Positions 23,350 to 30,163 of a stretch of DNA of 30,163 bases are shown here, piece after piece. Where the stretch lies: the NCBI GenBank assembly GCA_010093815.1, contig ML996574.1; one strand, 5' to 3'. The notes beneath the pieces are model-generated. The model was not told the origin of the DNA. It searched no databases and was given only the letters and a program-made list of their open reading frames with translations. The translations under genes and the position numbers were made by a program. Position 1 is the stretch's first letter, and each line of letters opens with the position of its first letter. This DNA is from Pseudovirgaria hyperparasitica. Lineage: Eukaryota.

Positions 23350-24333
23350 ATATAGTTTCCTAAAATCTCGACGCTCTAAAGTAATTAGCGCGGAAATAGG
23401 CGTCTTTAAATAATCCCTATCTCGTATATATTACCGATATATTAAAAGCTATTAATCTACCCTAACCTAGGCCGGGCTCTAATAATCTAGCTATATATTA
23501 TTATAGTTATCGCTTTCTATTATATATTACTTACGGTAGTACTAAATCTATAATATACGGTACTTATATAACTAAGAAGCGTTATTACTTATAGATATTT
23601 AAGTAAGTTCGAAGAACTTTACGTAGATTTACTTATATTAGTATAGATTACTACTAGGCCTCTAGTAACCCCTACTAATAAGGAGTATAGTACTACCGAT
23701 CGTAACGCCTTAGAGAAGGCTTTCTACGAGCTATATATCTAAGGTAAGGATTACGCCTAGGAGTACGATTCTAATAAGATCCGTAAGGATTTATCGGAAT
23801 CTACTATAGCTATTATTACCGCGATTACTAGGTAATATCATTTTTCTCGAATCGTTATAGATTCTTACTAATATATATTAATCTCTATAATAGTGCTAAA
23901 ATCTCTACTACTTCGGACTTCTTTCTATATACTAGCGATATTAAAATTCCTAGAAAAGGTTCTAGTAAAAAGGCTAAGGTTCCTTCCTCGCGTGTGCTAA
24001 AGAGCTATAAATTTAGGGAAGATAGCTCTAATCTAGAAGTTTCTATACTAAAGGTATGTGGTTCTATACCGATCGTTAAATCTTTTTACTAATTTATATA
24101 ATTCTTAGCGTGCCCACGCCGGTCCGTCCCTCTCCGTCCCGGGTCCCGCCGCTCTATAGGTTTCTATAGAGGAGTTTATAGCTATAAGGCGCGCTATATA
24201 GAATTTATAGCGTCGGAACGAAAGGCTAGAGACTTATATTATAAAGCTCTATACTATACTAAATAAGAACTAGCGGAAGGAATCAGATATAACCATCACG
24301 GTAATTAGTACTTCTACTCCTACTCCGACTTAA
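23350..24333 (+). pseudogene. Antisense spliced gene inside element D, putative homolog of the element C antisense gene
   Basis: De-RIP RMCHRCVKSY (23423-23452) and CGTC.TKKRHCLQ (23556-23594), with one +1 frameshift near 23460. Introns at ~23595-23646 (donor mutated or uncertain), 23832-23893 (GTAATA..TACTAAT..TAG) and 24054-24108 (GTATGT..TACTAAT..TTAG). The last exon is coiled-coil-like (EEF.A.RRA.(Q)NL(Q)RRNERLE). Start codon not defined. Confidence 0.72.
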
Positions 24334-24689
24334 TCGGTTTAGATCTATACTAATTAGTGCTAATATATCTCTTTTATCTAGCGTTTTTAGTTTTTCGGTT
24401 TTAATTTTAAAGCGATCTTACTTCTTCTAGATAGATTAGTACGAGTTTATATAGATCTATATAGATCTTTATATTTTCTTTTAGCTTTCTTAATTTTATC
24501 TTTCTTTAATAATAACTTCTTTAATCTCTTTAGTAATCTATACCGATCTATACTAATCGGCACCGATTTTCGATGTCCATTCCTCTTAGTAAATTATTTT
24601 TCTAAGTCTCTTTTTTAGTTAAATTTTTTAAAGTTCTAAGTTCGAACTTTCTAAGGAAGTTCCTTAATTCCTTAGAATATTTTAAAGAT

Positions 24690-27600
24690 CTATATCTCTT
24701 TCACCTTCTTCCTTTTAGACGGCCGTTCTTAGCGCTAAACTATACTAAAAAACGTCGAATCGCCGTACTTTAGTATAATTCTCTATGATTCCACGGCTTC
24801 CTTTACTAATCGCTACTTATATACTAACATCGCTACTTTACTAATGTTTATTATAGGTTTCTAAGTATCTTTATTAGGATTATATCCTCTCTAACGAATC
24901 TTATATAGCCACGTACTATCTTTAGCGCGTTACTAGCTAAGTATCTACTTAACTTTATAGATATCTATACCTTCTTACGTAACTACTTTATATAGTATCT
25001 ATTTAGAATGATCCGGTAATGATAAGGTATAAAATGGCTCGAGAAGCGTAATATAGAATATATTATATATCTTTAATATAGGAGGGAGTTATAACTCGTA
25101 CGCCTAGTTATTAATTACACGAGTAATCTTATATAGATCTATTATTATATAGTTAAGCTTCTTCTTTAGCCTAATACTACGAATATTCTTACTATTTAGT
25201 AAAACTTTATCCCTAATATTAAAGATTATAGGTTTTCTACCCTTATTATAGTGCGATTTACTATAATCTATAGTATCTTATAGTAACTTTATAACGCTTC
25301 TTTACGTTTGGAATAGTTCTATAGTAATTTCTATTACTTTAACGTTAGGTCGTTCTACTTTAAACTAAGTCCCTAAGAACTATATATTATGGTTCCGACC
25401 GAAGTTTACTTTAAATAGACTTATGTAGGTTAACGTATGTCGGCTGTTATTATACGCGAATTCCGCGATATAGACTAACCTTACCTAGTTATCCTACTTA
25501 TAGTTATAATATGCGCGTAAATACGCCTCGACTATCTAGTTCTACCGCTCCGTCTATCTATCTATTTATAGATGGAACGTAGTACTAAGTTTCTACTTAA
25601 TTCCCAGCGTATAGTAGAAATCCTTCTAAAATTTAGATGTTATCTACGGACCTCTATCCGAAACTATACCATTTAGTATACTATAGAGCCGAACTACGTC
25701 ACGGAGTAGTATATCTATAAGATCCGGTACTTAGATTATCTTCCTTATAGGGATATAGTATAATATCTTTATAAATCTATCTAGAACTACAAGTAAACTA
25801 TTATAAATATACCTAGAATACTCACTTAGGGGTAGATCTATGATAAAATCCATCGATAATTCCTTCTATGCCTCCTTTAGCATAGGTAATAGCCTTAATT
25901 CACTATATAGTAAGTGTCTATATACTTTCGTATGCTGGTAAACGTTATACGTTTTTACGTAGTCTTTTATATATTTATAAAGACCCGGCTAGTCGTACGT
26001 CCTTCGGATTAAATCGACTATCCTTATAACGCTAAAGTGCCCTACTAACGTATAATCGTACTATTCCCTTAAAACATTAATTTATAAGCCGTCTTCTAGC
26101 ACGTAGAGTCGGCCTTAGAAGTAGATTACGTCCGATCGTCGTTCCTACCTTAATAACTATAGTAGATCTATAGTGCTTCCTTTTATACTTATAACTTTCT
26201 TTACTAATATATTAGAATTCTAGGTAGATTTAATTAAGTCTTTAAGGGTTTTCTTAGTTTCTTAGACGTTTATTTAGATTACTTAATACCCGCTCTAATT
26301 CCCGCGGAGAATCGCCGAAAGTATCCTAGCTTCTAGCATTCTATTAGATAACTAGTCTTATAGTATCTAAAGTATAGCATAGTCTAAATTACACCGATTA
26401 TCTACGTTATTCTATAACGATTTCTTATAATCTTTACGCCGCGATAGAGGATTAGCTTTATTCTCTCTTCTAGCTTTATATAAGATTTTAAAGTTAAATA
26501 TTAATATCTACTTAGCCTAACGTACTTATTAGCGATTAAGGACCTTAGTCGATATAAAGTAACGTAGATTTACGTAATCTAATAATAATTCGATCTAATA
26601 TATAGAGCCTTCTAAATAATATCGCTATTGCTTAAAACTCTTAATAATTATAAGTAGTTCCTAGTCGTACGTGTTATAACACGTCTCTATATCCGCCATT
26701 TTATAGGAAAAGAAGGCGACCGGGTGCTATTACACCTTATCTTTCGTATCTTTATACGGTTAACTAATAATTCTAGTAATTATAAATTCTAACGCGTTAG
26801 TTTTAACCCGAATATGCTTCTTAGAATCGAAATACCTAAGAATCGGCGTAGTTATAAAGTAATTCTTTAACGATTGGAACGTATCTTACGCTTCCGGCGT
26901 TAACTATATCTTAACCGACTTAGCTTTACACTATACTCGCCTACCTATAGGGATTTTACCGCCATTCTCTATAAGTTTATTAAGCGGCGCCGTAATTCAT
27001 AAGAAGCCTATAATGAATTTACGATAATAGTTCACGAAACCTATAAACGTTCTAATTTAATATATAGTAGTAGGTTCTAGCTATTCTATGATGGTCTTTA
27101 TACGCTCCGGCTCTATTTTTAGGCCGCCATGTGTTATAATAAAGCCGAGAAACCCAACTTCTTATTAGTGAAACTCGTATTTAGATAATTTTACGTAGAG
27201 TTTATACTGCCTTAGACGATTTAGTACCGATTTCACGTGTTCTTTATAATTCTATATGCTATCGGAGTAAATTAGTATATTATCGAGATAAACTATGTAA
27301 ATCACGTTAAGTAATCCTACGAGTATAGTATTAATATATCCTTAGAACGCTCCTAGCGCATTTATTAGCCCGAATGATATAATAGTATACTTAAAATAAC
27401 TATATCTAGTCCGAAATGCGGTTTTCTACTTATCTCCGCGACGAATTTAAAGCCGGTAATATATATCTCGTAAATCTAGCTTCGTAAAGTACTTTACCTT
27501 TATTAATTAGTATAAAGATTTACTAACTAGCGGTAATAGATAACGATTCTTCTTAGTTACTATATTTAGTGCCCGATAGTCGACGTATAGATATAAACTT

Positions 27601-28460
27601 CCGTCTTTCTTCTTTACGAAGAGAATAGGTACGCCGGCTAATAATATACTATAACGTATCTAGCCTCTTTTAAGGTATTCTTTAATATATTTACGAAGAA
27701 CTTCGAGTTCTAGTCTTAAAAGTAGGTAAAGTAGGCTATAAGGGACGTCTACTCTCTCTTCGAGCTCGATCTTTAGCTTATACGGCCCGTGATTAGGGAG
27801 AAGTAACATATCTCCTACCGAAAACACATCCGTATACTACGAATATACGTTAGATAGTATATCTTCGCCCTGATTATTACTATTATTCTCGTCTTTATTA
27901 ATAATTAATAAGGACGTAAGATAGATTAGCAACGATCGGGTCCGCACGGTAAGGTTCCATGCCTCCTTACTAATAGTTACGACTTACTAGTATAATTTAC
28001 TACGGTATTGTCGGAACGTTAATGTCTCCTTCTAAAAATTAAGGATAGGGTTTAGGCGTCTAAGCTAAGGCATCCCTAGAATTATATTCTATTAGCTAAT
28101 ATTAGCCATGATAAATTTATTAGACATCTACTATTTTATTATCTTCGAGTTATGAACTTTATAATTTATTATAGCTTTACCTAAAGTTCTAACTTCATGT
28201 CTATTAACTATAATAGTTTAGCTAACTTTACCGAGATCGTACGATAATCTATACTCCTTTATAAGAATTAATAAAATATAGTTATCTTCTATACTAGTAT
28301 CCACGAGGGCCTATATAGTTTTATTACTATTTACTATAGGTAACGATACTTTTAGTAATATTAGGTCTTTACTCGCCGGAAGGCGCTACGGCTCCTCCTA
28401 AGTATATATAATTTAGCTAAGAACGCGGTTAGGTCTTATATACTAGTCTATTCTTTTTTT
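24690..28460 (-). pseudogene. pol: Element D pol (PR, RT, RNase H, IN, chromodomain)
   Basis: ALVDT(G) protease (~28295-28311), VYLD(D)ILIYS (~27262-27293), V(E)T(D)A(S)EF RNase H (~26785-26808), LSTTFH(P)(Q).D(G) integrase (~25560-25590), and chromodomain WLYKIR(W)RGY..DT(W)(E)P (~24845-24960). Confidence 0.93.
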
Positions 28461-29699
28461 AGATTCTTATAGTTAGGCGAAATATATCCTATTTCTCTAT
28501 ACTTATAGTAACGAAGTACGCTATAATCCTACTATTTTACGATAGGCGTTATATTTAAGCCTATGCCTTATTCTTTTCCGCGTTAAGAAGCACCGCCTCG
28601 ATTGTTTTAGTATCCTCTTAACGTGTTTCTACCCCGATTTACACTCTTCTAGCGCTAATTATAGTAAGGTTACTCTTAATCGAACGTATTTAATCGACCT
28701 CGTTTCTAACCCGTATAGGGTTCGTCGGTTTTACCTAGAGAGCCGCGTTCCTTAAGGATGCGGTAGTATTTATTAGCTTTCTCCTCTAATTCGTGTAGAT
28801 AGTTAAAACTTAATAATACTATTCCTAGTCTTTTATGGATTAACGGAAGTAGTACTTCGCGAAACTAGAATATACGAATATTTTCCTATAGCGTAGGGAT
28901 ATTATCCTATAGGTTTTAGAGGTATTATAGTAGTTAAGTAGGTGTCTAGTTCGGTCGTTATGCCACGCTTCTTAACTTAGTTAGTGCCTTTCTTTCACGT
29001 TCTCTATCCGTTCCGAGGGTGTTTAGTATAAATATAGCTAAATATTCCTAGGTTGTCGTAGATAGTAGCTGTACTTTCTTCTATTTCAGTAGAAAAGAGT
29101 AGAGGGTTGTTAAGGAAGTACTTTTCGTAGTCTCTCTTCTAGTCTTTCTACTCCTTTTAGTTCTTCTCTATAAATATAGTTAGGTCTTTAGGTTTCGGTA
29201 TACCTAGGGAAGGAGTAGGGTAAATCGGTAACGAAGCGGCCGGGTATACGGTGGATTATTACAACTCTAATAGTAGATGAACTAATTCCGCCTAAATTAG
29301 TATAGGAAGTCGTCCACCTACTATCGTTCGGCGTAGTTCTTTAAGAGACTCCTTAAGTTCTCGTCTCTTTACGAGGAGTTTCATGTATTCTACCTATTCT
29401 TTAAGGGTTTAAATCTCTCGAGCCTAATTCGCGACGTATTCCTAAAGTTCGGCAATGGTTTATTATAACATCTCGTGTGGCTCCGCCACGACTCGTTATC
29501 GGGCTTTATATTATTAGAAGTTACTCGGCGTATCTACTATTTCTTCGTCTGAAAGCTCCGTAATTTAGTCTAACATTTCTACTTCTTAGTTAGAAACGGC
29601 CGGGATTAATACCGATTATAGAGGATCCCTATTATTTAATATAGTATTACTTATCCCTATAGTAGATCGTGTCGACCTTCTCGGTTCTAGTTAGACTAT
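28448..29699 (-). pseudogene. gag: Element D gag with CCHC zinc knuckle
   Basis: De-RIP LRCYKCGE.GHISPNC at ~28468-28516, an A7G run before the TAG at 28450-28448, and a probable start MV(Q)PEPRRSTRS at 29699. Confidence 0.82.
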
Positions 29700-29733
29700 C
29701 TTAACTATAGTACTATATAGGGAGTAATTCGAA

Positions 29734-29961
29734 TATAAGAATAGGGTTATTAGATAGTAGTATAGTTAGATAGAATAATAGGGTGTATTCTATTATAGAA
29801 CGAATTACTACCAAACCCTTTCAGTAGAAATCCAAGAGTATATATATAAAGGGACGCCGATCTATCTAGCACGTGACTATTTACCGCCCTTCACGTCACC
29901 TTCTAACCCTGTTAGCTAAGGTACGTGTAGGTCGGGTCCTACCTAAGGCTAAGTCCTAACA
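29734..29961 (-). repeat. Element D 5' LTR
   Basis: Direct repeat of 22670-22897, ending in an intact CTAACA. Confidence 0.95.
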
Positions 29962-30163
29962 ATAGTACTAAAATCTCTACCACTTCGGACTTCTTTCTAT
30001 ATACTAGTAATATTAAAATTCCTAGAAAAGGTTCTAGTAAAAAGGCTAAGGTTCCTTCCTCGCGTATACTAAAGAGCTATAAATTTAGGGAAGATAGCTC
30101 TAATCTAGAAGTTTCTATACTAAAGGTATATGGTTCTATACCGATCGTTAAATCTTTTTACTA
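29962..30163 (-). mobile_element. Internal fragment of a second D-family copy (D'), within the antisense gene
   Basis: Near-identical direct repeat of 23890-24091, running off the window end. Confidence 0.92.

Larger units (their letters stand above)
22670..29961 (-). mobile_element. Element D: chromovirus-type Ty3/Gypsy element, 7292 bp, with non-matching flanks
   Basis: 228-bp LTRs at 22670-22897 and 29734-29961, PPT at 22898-22913, gag-pol on the minus strand. Flanks CCTAG and ATAGT do not form a TSD. Confidence 0.93.

Noticed and set aside
1..30163. Alternative genetic code (TAA/TAG read as Gln) or stop-codon readthrough
   Set aside because: Stops replace both Gln and Trp codons, accompany other CA>TA and TG>TA missense changes, and differ between paralogous copies. 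This fits RIP, not recoding.

Overview
This window is AT-rich fungal (probably Pezizomycotina) heterochromatin made entirely of nested transposons riddled with repeat-induced point mutation (RIP: CpA/TpG to TpA), so no long ORF is intact. Reading TAA/TAG as former CAA/CAG/TGG restores the structure. A hAT transposase (21660-22669) is the oldest layer. Ty3/Gypsy element B (- strand, 8996-21659) abuts it. B carries three insertions: element A (+ strand, <1-8995, into B integrase), the complete 8-kb element C (12435-20477, TSD GTTAA, into B gag) and an inverted solo LTR (21350-21590, into the B 5' LTR). Element D (22670-29961, - strand) interrupts the hAT on the other side and is followed by a second copy of its own internal sequence. 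Two observations stand out. (1) C and D, which are diverged chromoviruses, each carry an antisense four-exon gene between pol and the 3' LTR. It encodes a CxxC..C..CxxC..C (Zn-cluster-like) protein with a C-terminal coiled coil, and the inferred intron phases match (0,2,0). (2) A carries about 5.2 kb of extra sense coding sequence after pol, including a ~1390-codon ORF I cannot assign to a family. B, C and D show Tf1-type self-priming signatures. All protein readings are manual de-RIP reconstructions, not database hits.
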